NCBI RefSeq assembly: GCF_963921235.1
Contig: NC_086097.1
Span: 143,532,001-143,596,000 of the forward strand
From: Mobula hypostoma
Lineage: Eukaryota
Direction of reading: 5' to 3'
DNA length: 64,000 nt
This document shows, one piece after another, positions 25,390-37,510 of the stretch. Numbering within the stretch: the stretch's first letter is position 1; each line of letters opens with the position of its first letter. The position numbers and the translations under genes were made by a program. The notes beneath the pieces were generated by a model. The model searched no databases and was not told where the DNA came from. It worked only from the letters and a program-made list of their open reading frames with translations.

Positions 25390-26172
25390 CAGTGGATTCT
25401 GGTTAATTGGGCCATTGGTTAATCAGGACAGCTGCTTATTTGGGACAACTCTTAAAGAATAAAAACTAACAGAGAAAATAACCAGGATTCTCTCCTTTTA
25501 TTTGAGACACTATGCTGCTTAAATGGTACAGGAGTCTGTTGCCTGAACAATTTCTAACCAGAGTCAGTAGCGTGCACTTGTGTGGCCGCTAGAGCGAAGG
25601 GTTTTTAAATAGTGTTAGATGTGTGTGTTGTGTTCAAAAGGCAGTGATTTTTATCACTGATAGTTGGTGAGAAATATGCAGAAAGACAATTCTGAGTTGT
25701 TTTACTCACTGAGGTTTCAAGCATTCAGACTTGGAGATACCACAGGTGAAAATAAAATGATCAACAGGGTAGGAACTACGAAGAATTTGAAGGTATGGAC
25801 AATTATCTTGAATGTTATAATGAAAATGAAGGATTTTGGAGGATGCAATCTTCGAAGGGATTGTATGGAGACACTCTGCACTAGGCGTCTGCACTGATTT
25901 TGTTCGTTCATAGTCAATCAAAAGAACACGGCAGTGTACATTGGACGAATTCCTTCATCGATAACTATTAGGAACTAATGCTAGTTTTATAGTACTGTAG
26001 TAGTATTGGTAGTGTTCTAATTTGTTCTGTATATCATTTGAAAACACAATTTGCTACACAGTTAAATGGTAGTTTACTCTTTTTATACATTTTTAACTAT
26101 TTCCATGCAACTTTGGCTAATTGGGCCGAAATGTGCTGGTCTCAATGTCTCCCAACTAACTAGAATTCACTG
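25390..26172. mobile_element. pogo/Tigger-like MITE
   Basis: TA|CAGTGGATTCTGGTTAATTGGG ... CCCAACTAACTAGAATTCACTG|TA. A second, fragmented copy lies at about 28240-30890. Confidence 0.75.
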
Positions 26173-26802
26173 TATTTGAATGTGAATATTGCAGGCAGTT
26201 AAAAATAAGTTCTTGATGCTTTGACCTCCCAGTATTCAGTACTCCCTGGCTGTAGGATTGGAACATTGCCTGTGTTGTACCATTGTTTAAAGGAGGGAAT
26301 AATATATTATAACAGGTTTGTCATTTTAACCTTTGCAGTAGGATAATTACTTGTAACAGTTCTTAAGATTAGTAAAAAAAAACTTCCTGTAGAAAAGTAC
26401 AGATTAATCAATGATAGTCTACGCAGATTTATTCAGAACAAGTCACATCTGATTAACAGTTTTGTGAGCTGCCTGCAAAGCGCTGGCTTTTATTTATTTA
26501 TTTATTTGTTTGTTTGTTTCTTTGTGTTTTTATTAATTTGCACAGTTTGCTGCCTTTTGCACGTTGATTATTTGCCGTGCTTATGCGTAGTTTTTCATTG
26601 ATTCTGTTGTATTTCTTTGTTCTATTGTGAATGCCTGCAAGAAAATGAATCTCTGGGTAGTGTATGGTGACATATATGTACTTTGATAATAAATTTACTT
26701 CGAAGTTTGAGCTTTTGAACAGTTCGATTTTTGAAGCAGTAACCGATTTAATGAGGCTGTTGTATGTGGTGCAGTTTACTTTGAGAAGGCTGACTGGTCA
26801 AC

Positions 26803-27552
26803 GTTCAAAGTACGTTTATTATCAAAGTATGTATACCATATGCAATCTTGAGATTCATCTCCTTGTAGGCAGTCACAAAACCTAGAAAGATAACAGAACC
26901 CATTAAAAAAAGACCATCAAGCACCCAACGTGAGGGGGAAAAAAAAATCATACATGCAATAAAAGTAAGCAAATAACATTCGGAACTGAAGTTCACAGCC
27001 ACGAAGCCATTCGTCACTGCAGACGATCCAGAAGTCTGTTAGTCGCAGGCCACAACCTTAGTTCGGCACAGAAACAAGTCTACCTTGCGGAACAGTGAGC
27101 TGGGTATTGGCCTGTCCCTCACCTTCAGCCCCGACACCCTGAACTTTGCAATCTGGCTTGGCCAGCAAACTATGGGTTGTTCCTCACTCTCGGAGCCCAG
27201 GCTCCGATGCATCAACACTGCCTTGCCTCGACTCAGTTCTGCCACATCGAATAGCCTCCAAGTCCGCTCTGGCAATGGCCAAGTATTGGCTTGTTACCCG
27301 CTCTGGGGCCTGGGCCCCACTGCTTCGATTCGGCCCATACACACTACACCACAACCGTCCTGCATCTTCGAGATTTCAGTTCTCACCATAAAAATGCCAT
27401 GAGTTCAGAAACTCAACTCTGAAAGGGAAGTTACAGGCTGTTGATTGCAGTGATTGTCTCTGAGGAAAACGTTTGATTAATACAGTAGTTTATAGTTTTG
27501 TCTGCTACCAGCAAGTTGCCGCTGTGCTTCACAGTGCCATCTTAAACCAGAA
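26803..27552 (-). mobile_element. Non-coding retroelement of about 750 bp with a Rex-like 3' tail
   Basis: The tail TTCAAAGTA..TTTATTATCAAAGTA is shared with the Rex copy at 29203. The opposite end reads TGGTTTAAGATGGCAC on the minus strand. No RT motifs. Confidence 0.5.
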
Positions 27553-27824
27553 AAAGCAAAGGTGAGTGGAATCCAAGTAGACTGGCAAATTGGATCCAAA
27601 ATCAGCTCAATGGCAGAAAGTAGAGGTTACATTTGACGGTATTTTTGTGACTGGACGACTGATACCCATGGACTTTATAGTATATATTAATGATGTAGGC
27701 TTAAATGTAGTGTGCAAGATAAAAAAGTTTGCAGGTGGTACAAACATTTACTGTGGTTGACAAGGAAGAGGAAGGCATTTGAGTTTAGGAACACAGATGA
27801 TTTGATGAATTAGCATGAATAGAA

Positions 27825-28075
27825 CAGTGCAGAGCAGGTACTGCAGGTGCCTCACATCTCCAGTGATCCAGGTTCAATACCAACCTCTGATACTGTGTGC
27901 GTACAGTTTGTATGTTCTCTTTGAAACTGTGTGGGATTTCCCACAAGTATTCTTCACATTGGTTTCTTCCCACATCCCAAAGACACATTGTTTAGCAGGT
28001 TAACTGGGTACTGTAATTTGCCCCCAGTGTACTGTAGGTGGTTTAAGATGGGGATGTTAATGAGTATGTGAGAAA
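27825..28075 (+). mobile_element. V-SINE (HE1-like) copy
   Basis: B-box-like GGTTCAATACC followed by V-domain GTTTGTATGTTCTC..GTGTGGGATTTCC..TTCCCACATCCCAAAGAC. Confidence 0.6.
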
Positions 28076-28344
28076 GAATGGGTTTGATGAGGTTGCTCTA
28101 AGAGAGAAGAATTAATGAGTTGAGTGGCCCCTTATTAAAAATATGAATACGGTAATTTGGGCAAAACAGTTGAGAATTGAATTTGATCAGAAAGTTGTGA
28201 GGGAATGGATTTGGCAAGGTGCATGAAGGCAAAGGAATAAGTGGATTCCTGCTAATTGGATCATCAGTTAATTGGGTCAACCACTTATTTGGGGAAACTC
28301 AAAAAGAACAAAAACAAATCGAGAAAATAGCCAGAGTTTCCTTT

Positions 28345-28907
28345 GTCAAGTCAAGTCAAGTCACTTTTTATTGTCATTTCAACCATAACTGCTGGTACAG
28401 TACACAGTAAAAATGAGACAACGTTTTCCAGGACCATGGTGCTATATGAAACAATACAAAAACTACACTTGACTACAGACCTATCCAGGACTGCATAAAG
28501 TGCACAAAACAGTGCAGGCACTACAATAAATAATAATAAATAATAAACAAGACAATAGGCACAGTAGAGGGCAGTAGGTTGGTGTCAAGCCAGGCTCTGG
28601 GTATTGAGGAGTCTGATGGCTTGGGGGAAGAAACTGTTACATAGTCTGGTTGTGACAGCCCAAATGCTTCAGTGCCTTTTTCCAGATGGCAGGAGGGAGA
28701 AGAGTTTGTATGAGGGGTGCGTGGGGTCCTTCATAATGCTGTTTGCTTTGCGGATGCAGTGTGTGGTGTAAATGTCTGTGATGGCGGGAAGAGAGACCCC
28801 GATGATCTTCTCAGCTGACCTCACTATCTGCTGCAGGGTCTTGCGATCCGAGATGGTGCAATTTCCGAACCAGGCCGTAATGCAGCTGTTCAGGATGCCC
28901 TCAATAC
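28345..28907 (-). mobile_element. Rex1/Babar LINE 3' fragment inserted in a Tigger-like MITE
   Basis: IEGILNSCITAWFGNCTISDRKTLQQIVRSAEKIIG..LFSLLPSGKR, with a (ACTTG)n tail. Confidence 0.85.
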
Positions 28908-29202
28908 AACTTTTTACAAATGTTACAACTTTTTTTTTTACAACTAATACAAATGTACAAATGTTTACTTGGGACACTCTGCCACTTAATTGGAATAGGG
29001 GATGTTGTCGAACGATTTCTCACTAGCGTCAGTCGCATGCACTACATCTTGCTTGGAACAAACAATTTTTAAATTGCATCATTTGCGTATGTTTAAGAGC
29101 AAGAGGCAGGGATTTTTGTGACCAATATCTATTGTAGTTGGCAAGAAATAAGTGATAAGAAAATTCAGAACTATTTTGCTCATAGTGATTTCAAGCAAAG
29201 TT

Positions 29203-30610
29203 TAAAGTTCAAAGTAAATTTATTATCAAAGTACATGTACGTCACCATATACAACATTGCGATTCATTTTCTGTGAGCATTCACAGTAAATCAGGAAACA
29301 TGATAGAAGCAATTTAAAAGGAAAACAATACGGACAAACAATCAATGGGCAAAAGACAACAAACTGTGCAAATACAAAAAGTAAAGGAGTAATAATAATA
29401 AATAAATAAGCAATAAATATTGAGAACATGAAATGAAGGGTCCTTTATAGGTTGTGGGAAGAGTCAGTGATGAGGCGAGTAAAGTTTAGTGAAGTTATCC
29501 CCTCTGGTGATTGAGGGGTAATAACTGTTCCTGAATTTGGTGGAAGCTCCTATGCCATCTCCCTGATGACAGCAGCAAGAAGCGAGCGTGATCTGGATGG
29601 TGGGGGTCCTTGATAAAGGATGCTGCTGCCCTGCGACAGCACTCCATGTAGATGTGGTCAGTGTTGTGGAGGGCTTTACACATGATGGATTGGCTTTTTC
29701 CATTCAAGGACTTTGGTATCTCCATACCAGGCTGTGATGCAATATACTGTCCACTGCACATCTGTAGAAGATTTGTGGAAGTTTTGGATGATATGCCAAA
29801 TCTTCACAAACTTCTTAGATAGTAGAGACCCTGTTATGCTTTCTTCGTAATTGCACTTGTGTACTGGACCCAGGACGGACCCTCTGAAATGATAACTGAG
29901 GAATTAAAAGTTGTTGACTCTCTCCATCTCTGTTCCCCGAATGAAGACTGGCTCATGAACTTCTGGTTTCCTCTTCCTGAAGTTTATAATCAGGTCCTTG
30001 ATCTTGCTGACATTGAATGTGAGGATTTTATAGTGGCATCAGTCAGCCAGACTTTCAATCTCCCTCCAATATGATGATTTGTCACCACCTTTGATTTGGC
30101 CAACGACAATGGTGTTGTCAGCAAACTTAAATATGCCATTGGAGCTGTGCTTAGCCTCACGGTCATAAGTATAAAGCCAGTAGAGCAGAGGGCTAAGCAC
30201 ACTGCCTTGTGGTGCACCTGTGTTGATGGAGATTGTGGAGGAGATGTTGCCAATACGAACTGACTGCTGTCTGCAAATGAGGAAACCAAGATTTCAGTTG
30301 CATAAGGAGGTATTGAGGCCAAGATCTTGAAGCTTCATGATTAGTTTTGAGGGGTGATAGTATTGAATGCCAAGCTGTAGTCAATGATGAGTATCCTGAT
30401 ATATGCATCTTCATTGACCAGATGTTCCAGGATTGGGTGAAGAGTAATGAAATAGCATCTGCTGTTGACCTGTTGTGATGGTACATGAATTGGAGTGGAT
30501 CCAAGTCACTTCTCAGGCAGGGGTTGATACGTTTCATCACCAATCTGTCAAAGCAGTTCATTACTATGGATGTAAGTGCTTCTGGATGGTAGTTACTGAG
30601 GCAACTTACC
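29203..30610 (-). mobile_element. Rex1/Babar LINE fragment (RT to 3' tail) inserted in the same MITE
   Basis: [40 protein letters not shown] (ORF 30193..30612). Confidence 0.85.
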
Positions 30611-31837
30611 AAGTTTCAAGCATTGTAATGACCACGCTATCAGGCTCAAAGTATTCAGCCTCGGAGATGACAGAAAGGGCAAGGAGTGAAAGTAAAATGA
30701 TTTTTCTGCTTCACAAAGTTAGGAATTATGTAGAATTTGAAGGATTCAACAATCATCTTGAATGTTACAATTAAAATGAAGATTTGGAGGATGTGATCAT
30801 TGAAAACATCGTATGAAGGCAGTCCATTATCCATTAGGTGACTGCACTGATCTTTTCATTTACATCAATCAAATGAACACCAGCTCATTAGTAGAATTAC
30901 ATGATTAGTCCTTCATGTGGCAGCAATTCAATGTACGTTTGTATAAAAACATGCAGACATGGTCAGGGTTCAGTTGTTGTTCAGATCTAGCATCAGAATC
31001 AGGAAGAAATTACTGTGACTGTAGAATAACTACAGTGTAATTATCCCTACAGCCAAATAGCATGTAAATATGTCTTTTGTAAGATATTTGGCCGTTTCTT
31101 ACGCTCTACTGGTCATATTACAACATTATTATTTTATGTACCTTATTTATGCCTTCCGCTTGTCCACAACTCAGTGTACAGTGCTGGAGTAAATTCAATA
31201 ATGGACCAGTGAAGAACGAATTTGATCAGTGTGACCTATTAAAGTCAGCGTTATAAAATTATAATCATTCACGAGTGTGGACATTGTTGGCAATGCAGGC
31301 ATTTGTTGTCCATCTCTAACTGCTCTTGTCTTGAGGACTTGGTCAAGAGTCAACCACATTGTTGGATATGGAGATACATATAGCCCAGACAAGATAAGGA
31401 TGCAGATTTCCTTTCCTGAAGGACATTAATGAACCAAATGGTTTTTATGACAATCCCTAAAATTTATGGTTACAGATGCAGTACAGGGCTGTGTATAAAT
31501 GTTCCACTTGCTGTCAGCTGCTGCAGGGCAAGGTGAACATCAAGTGTGGAGATGATGGGGTTAAGATAAATTAGTGGTCGCCAACCTTCTTAAGCCCAAG
31601 ATCCCCTACCTTGGCCTTTAGTGAAAGGCAAGATCTACCTACTAAATCGTTCAGAGAAAAAACAACTCAGATTGCACTTCCAACTTGAGGCCTTTTATTT
31701 GGGCTAATTGTATTTGAATTACATAAAATGCTGTTGTCAAACTTTCAAATTAATTCAAACAAGAAAACACTGTAACTAGCTTATCAAACAGGCCATAGCT
31801 GTCTTTCTTTAAGGATATTACAATACTTCATACCTTT

Positions 31838-32270
31838 TGTAGTAACTTCTACTTTGAAAAACGACCACTCGACAACTTCATGTCCAAAGGAACAACTTTA
31901 TCTGGGACGGCAAAACCAATGCGGTGAAGGGGCTCATACACACATGCGCAGAAAAGACCAGAAGTAAAACCCCGCAACCCTGGAAACAACCTCTGTTTAC
32001 AAACAGCTTTCCGTAGCGGGAGTATTGTTATATTACCATTATCCTATTTGGTATTAACTTATCTTTATAATGCACACATTACAACACTTCTCCCCCTTTT
32101 AATTCCAACACTCCCCAAATGTAAAGGAACTGGGAAACAAAAACCAGAGGTGTCATTAGCTTGCGTACCCCTGAAACTTATACTAGTGTCTCAGTAACAG
32201 TTTAACAATACAAAACACCTGAAAAACGTGGCAGATTCAACATTCAGTCTAACAAAGGAAACTGTCCATT
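31838..32270 (-). mobile_element. 3' LTR (31838-32086), polypurine tract (PPT) and short internal remnant of an LTR retrotransposon (Gypsy-like)
   Basis: On the minus strand the PPT AAAAGGGGGAGAAG (32087-32100) directly precedes TGTTGTAA...TTACTACA. The inner boundary at about 32270 is approximate. Confidence 0.75.
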
Positions 32271-32289
32271 CGAATATTCAGCCTGTCAG

Positions 32290-33033
32290 GAGGTTTGTGA
32301 GGGTGCTGTGCTGCAACGGTTTGTTGACTTGCTGCCTGAGATAAAGAATGAGGAGCACGAGGAACTGTCAGATGATGCATGGCTACTGGATTTAGGGTTT
32401 CTGACAGACCTAACGGCTAAATTAAACGCACTTAACAACGAGCTCATGAGAAAAGACCGTCAGCTGCCCCACATGATAAGCGCAGTAAATGCGTTTAAGG
32501 CCAAGCTCGGTGTTTGGATTTCAAATTTAAAGAACGAGAGGCTGACACATCTTCCGAACTTGGAGAAGCTGTTCTAAGCCATCAAGGGAAAAAAAACGCT
32601 TTTGGCCCTGAGCAGTACTGTGCTTACCTAGACAAACTGGCAATAGAGTTCGATTGGTGTTTTGGGGAGTTAAACGTCATGAGGGATATTGCTGCATTTA
32701 TTTCAAACCCATTTCTGCCGATCGATATAGAACAGATACCAGCCAAATTCCAGCAAGTATTTGGTGTGCCAAGTGATATTGAAATGGAAATAATTGATTT
32801 GCAAAATGACATAGAGCTTAAAGCAAGATCAAGGGATGGTGACTTTTGGGGGCTACTTCGGGTCAACTTATCTGTGTGAAATTGCATTTTCACAGATGAA
32901 AATTGTTAAATCTAAGTACGGGAGCTGTCTTACTGACAGACACCTCATAGACTGTCTCAGACTGGCTATCTGTAGTTATGAGCCAAATTTCAGGGAACTA
33001 GCAGAAAGTATTCAGCCCCAGTCATCACACTGA
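32290..33033 (+). pseudogene. Frameshifted C-terminal hAT transposase (GTF2IRD2/EPM2AIP1-like family)
   Basis: Three overlapping frames: VLQRFVDLLPEI..WLLDLGFLTDLTAKLNALN; NPF..EIIDLQNDIELK; FGSTYLCEIAFSQMKIVKSKY..LTDRHL.DCLRLA (hAT dimerization domain). Confidence 0.85.
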
Positions 33034-33107
33034 GTGCAACGGTCAATTTTTATTCATTTATTTTTCATATTGAAATAAAATTAAATAATGAAACTTAGAA
33101 TTAAAGG

Positions 33108-33351
33108 TGTTGTAATGTGAGCATTATAAAGATAATACCAATTAGGATAATGGTACTACAGCAATACTCCCACTACAGACAGCTGTTTGTAAACAGAGGT
33201 TGTTTCCGGGGTTGCGGCATTTTACTTCCAGTGTTTTCTGCGCATGTGTGTATAAGCCCCTCAGCTGCATTGGTTTTGCCGTCCCAGACAAAGTTGTTCC
33301 TTTGGACATGAAGTTGTTGAGTGGTCCTTTTTCAAAGTAGAAGTTACTACA
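33108..33351 (+). mobile_element. LTR copy (244 bp), inverted relative to 31838-32086
   Basis: TGTTGTAA...TTACTACA termini. About 90% identical by eye to the reverse complement of 31838-32086. Confidence 0.8.
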
Positions 33352-34683
33352 TATGACTCACATATGCGCTCTATGGGTAAAATTTGCTTTTGCATCAAAA
33401 GGTTTATCAGGCATAATGTATTTGTGTATTTATTTTTCTTTTTTTTTTGGGATCTATTGGGAAAGTCTCAAAGATTGACCAGTCAATTGCGATCGACCGG
33501 TTGGCGACCACTAAGATAAATGATGCGTTCTGCAAGTCATTTGTCAGTCATTAGTTGGATAAATAAATGAAGGGAGGAGATGCAAGTTGTTGCAGATTCT
33601 CTGACATTTAATGGGTTATAGTTAGAGGTAATGAGGGAGGAACAGGCTTCCATTTTTTCAGGAAAATAGAGAAGGTAATTTTGAGGGTGTGCTGGGAAAC
33701 ATCGGACTGCAGCTAAATTACTTTTGTGGTGAAGCTATTTTGGAATCTCTTAATGGAAAAAAAAGATGAGGTTAATTCCTGACACACTAATAGAATTGTC
33801 TGGAAAGATTTTTTTTCCCTTCCATGGACTTCTCCACAGTGATAATTATGTCAAATTTATTAGAGAACGTATCTTTATTACATCTGAAGGTTATCAGCAA
33901 CGACAGGAAAAGGATATCACCACTGACAAACCAGATTCCTGAACTGGTTGGGGTGAGAACCACTGCTTCCAAGAAACATGTCTCAACATTTGCTTAGGCT
34001 GTTGGGAAATCCTTTTTTTTTGAAGCCTCAGTTTCTTGGCAAGATTTCTGTCCAACCAAGTGAGGTTATTGCCATAGTGGAATGGTTATATTGCTGTACT
34101 AATAATTCAGCAAATTTATCTGTAAAAGCAATGCGTCAGCATACCCTGTTCAGGCTTAGGCTGTCGAGGATCAGTTACATCCAGGCCGCAGTCGCCTTCT
34201 ACAGGGGAGTACTTGATCTCTAATATTTGGTGTACTGTGGCTCTACTATAATTTTTTTCCCACCATCACCATCATTATGTATTCACCAGTGAACAGAAAT
34301 TGAAGTGGATCAGCCATTTAAAGGACGGGTTTCAAGACCAGATGAAAGGATAGTGACATTCTCCAATGCTTTCCGTCGTGTGCAAGACATACATCAGAAT
34401 ATGATGGAGTACCATCCACTTGCCTGGATGAGGTCAACACCTCCTCCACTCCAATGATGTGCTGGCAGTTTAAATCGCTCTGGTCAGCTATCCATTGGAG
34501 ATGGATAATGGCAAAGGCAACAAAAGAGAAGATCATGGCATGTGCAAGAGAAAATAAGGCTCAGGGTGATTGGAAAATAAGGAGTGGATAAATGGGAATG
34601 ATGGACTTACTCCCCAGGAGTCAGCATGGACTGGATGGGATGAAAGACATCCTTCTATGTTGGGATGTTATGGGTACAGCACA

Positions 34684-35219
34684 CACTTAGTGGCCACTTT
34701 ATTACGACCGTACACCAGCTCATTAGTAGAAATACATGATTAGTCTGTCATGTGACAGCAATTCAATGCATAAAAACATGCAGACAAGGTCAGGGTTCAG
34801 TTGTTGTTCCGATCTAGCATCAGAATCAGGAAGAAATTACTTCGACTGTAGAATAACTGTTGGTGCCAGACAGGGTGGTTTGAGTATCACAGCAACTGCT
34901 GATATCCTGGGATTTTTACGCACAACAGAGTTTACAGAGACTTGTGCAACAAAAAAAGCATCCAGTGAGTGGCAGTTTTGTGGGTGAAAACACCTTGTTA
35001 ATGAGAGAGATCAGAGGGGAATGGCCAACCGTTTCAAGTTGACAGGAAGGAGACAGTAAATGAAATAACCAAGCCTTACATCAGTGGTTTCCAGAAGGGC
35101 ACCTCTGAACGTGCAATATGTCGAACCTTGAAGTGGTTCCGCCAGCAGCAGAAGACCATGGATATACGCTCAGTAGCCATTTTATTCGGTACTGGACATT
35201 TTATTAGGGCCACTGAATG
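34684..35219. mobile_element. Tc1-derived MITE, third copy
   Basis: CACTTAGTGGCCACTTTATTA ... GGCCACTGAATG|TA. The body matches 10970-11460. Confidence 0.7.
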
Positions 35220-36654
35220 TACGTCTCTCATATAATTACATTACCTAAGTGATACATCCCGTATTCTCCTTACCTACAAAACAATTAACAGTTTCATTTT
35301 TGATCATTTCATTTGACTCAGCATTTATAATAAGCCAGTGCGAGTTCCAAAGATGAAAAAAGATTTCCTGATTCTGTAGCTGAGTGAGTTAACTCTACTT
35401 CTGAGAATGTTTCTAGTGGTCATGGAGATAAAAAAAAAATCATAGTTTCTTTGGTTTAAAACTAAGTGAGGGAACTGGGGGAGGGGTGAGCGAGTATTGG
35501 TGACTAGGCAATGTCCAACATGGACAACACAAAGGTATAGCAGGAACATGATGGGTCCCGGGCTTAATACTGGGTTACTGTAACTTTTGCTGAAGAGATT
35601 GCAAGGGCATCAGAAGGAGGACAAAGCACTTTGGGTTCTCTCCTCAGCAATCGGATAGTTTGAGCTGTCTGGTCTGTTATGGTGCCGGAGGGAGTAATAG
35701 GAGTCCAAATATTCCTCGTAGGGCTTGGGGATTGCACATGCTGCTTCTGACTCACAGGAACTGCAATAATTAAAACTTCTTTGTCCTCCAGTTTGCCCGC
35801 CGTTTGCTTCCAAATAGATTTAGCTTGATGGTGAGGTTATCAGTGTCCAAGTAACATTGTTGACAAGTGAGTTGGGACCCCAAGTTAATAAGTGGAATGG
35901 CTCATTAATTTAGTGTTTGAGTTGTGTGTGTTCTATCAAAGAAACAATGAAAACTTGATGATTTTAATTGCTGCTTGTTCGGTATTCTATCAGGTAGAAT
36001 TAACTTAAGACCCCTCCTCTGTATAATTTCTGCTCACAAAAATTGGCGTGATGGGTTGAATTCATTTTATTAAATGTCTGCTAGCTTTCAAAGAATTTTA
36101 CAGTGCAAATGTGTTTATGCTGCCTCTTTGAAAGTGAATTTCAATTAGTCAAATTTGTTGCTCTTTTATCTTTGTCCTGCTCATTTTCAGTTCTCAAGTA
36201 TGCAATCAATTCAATTCTGAAAGCTGCTTTTGATATTTTGATATCCTTTACAAGAAGGCAATTATAAAAACATGTTGATGTTTTTAAAGAGTGTCCAGAC
36301 TTTCCACTGAAGAGTTTTTTGCTCCCTGACTACTTTTGTATGGTTGTCAAATTCATTACAGATCAAAAGTTCTTTATAGTTCTTTCCCTCAACTTGTCCC
36401 AGACATTTCATTGGCACGACCTGTCGAGGCAGTGAAAGGCACATGTGGAAAGCCAGGAAGATTTGCCAGCTCTGTAGATCAAGATTTATGTTCGGCTCAG
36501 CCTTGGGGAATGATGGGCTCCTCTGTCTAGGTCTATGATGTTCAATGTGAAATCAGAATATCTTCTTCCTGCTTCAAAAATAATGGAAAACTATTGTTTG
36601 AAACTGTCTCTGGAGCTGTTCAGTATGACAGAGATTGCCCATCTCAATTAGGCA

Positions 36655-37510
36655 TTCAAAGTTTCAAAGGTTTATTTCTTATCAAGGCACGTATCCATAT
36701 ACAACTCTGAAATTTACGTTCTCCGGACAGCCACGAAACAAAGAAAGAACATGAAAGTTATTGAGAGAGAAACATCAAACACACCCCCCCTTCACAAAAA
36801 AGGAACAGCGTCCTGATCATCAACCCCCTACACCCTCCCACGAAACAGAACAAGAAAATCGACCCCTCCCAAAAAACTCTCCCCTGCACAATAAATTAAC
36901 AGAACATCAACCCCCAAATGTCCTCCCCTCACACAACAAAATGTAAAAGGAATGGGCGATTTAAAAAAAAACAGAATATAAAATCCATAAGTCTGAAGAA
37001 GTCCACAGTTCATAAACCAGAAGTGCAGAACCATGATACCATCGTCTCATATCACCGACATTCGTCGAAAGAGGGGGACACCACATGAGGCAGAGAGGCC
37101 TACCTGCCTGACACAGCAAGCCACACAGCGATAGGCCGCTCACAGACTCCTCCGGCAGCAATCAGGCAGTGAAACTTTCGCTCACCGTCTACATTCACCT
37201 TGACGTCTCCGTCTTCCTCGCCTAATGGGCAATTAATAGACGCTTTAAACGGCGAAATAGAGGCGCACCCCATCTCGAAGTATGTTTGCATTGAGTCTGA
37301 CTGAGTATGTGCCCGGAATCTTCTCAGAGCCAGTAAAGCCTGGATCACTCAAGCAATCTTCAAACTGTAAATCGCAGGCTCTAACGTTCTCAGAAATGCA
37401 TTTAAGGTGAAAGGCAGATGTGAAAGAGGTAAAAAAGGGATTTTCGTTTGCTATGTGGAAGACGTGGACTGAGGAGGCGTTGTACACTGGCGACATCTTG
37501 ACCGAAAACA
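36655..37510 (-). mobile_element. Non-coding CpG-rich retroelement of about 850 bp with a Rex-like tail
   Basis: Tail TTCAAAGTTTCAAAGGTTTATT..CATATACAACTCTGAAATT. The other end reads TTCGGTCAAGATGTCGCC on the minus strand. Similar tails lie at about 46410 and 57530. Confidence 0.5.

Larger units (their letters stand above)
31572..33513. mobile_element. hAT (Charlie/SPIN group) DNA transposon, internally deleted, 1942 bp
   Basis: Perfect 15-bp TIR TAGTGGTCGCCAACC / GGTTGGCGACCACTA. Perfect 8-bp TSD AGATAAAT at 31564-31571 and 33514-33521. Confidence 0.92.

Noticed and set aside
32308..33033. Domesticated GTF2IRD2/ZBED-like host gene
   Set aside because: It is frameshifted, 5'-truncated and enclosed by TIRs and a TSD, so it is a dead transposase.
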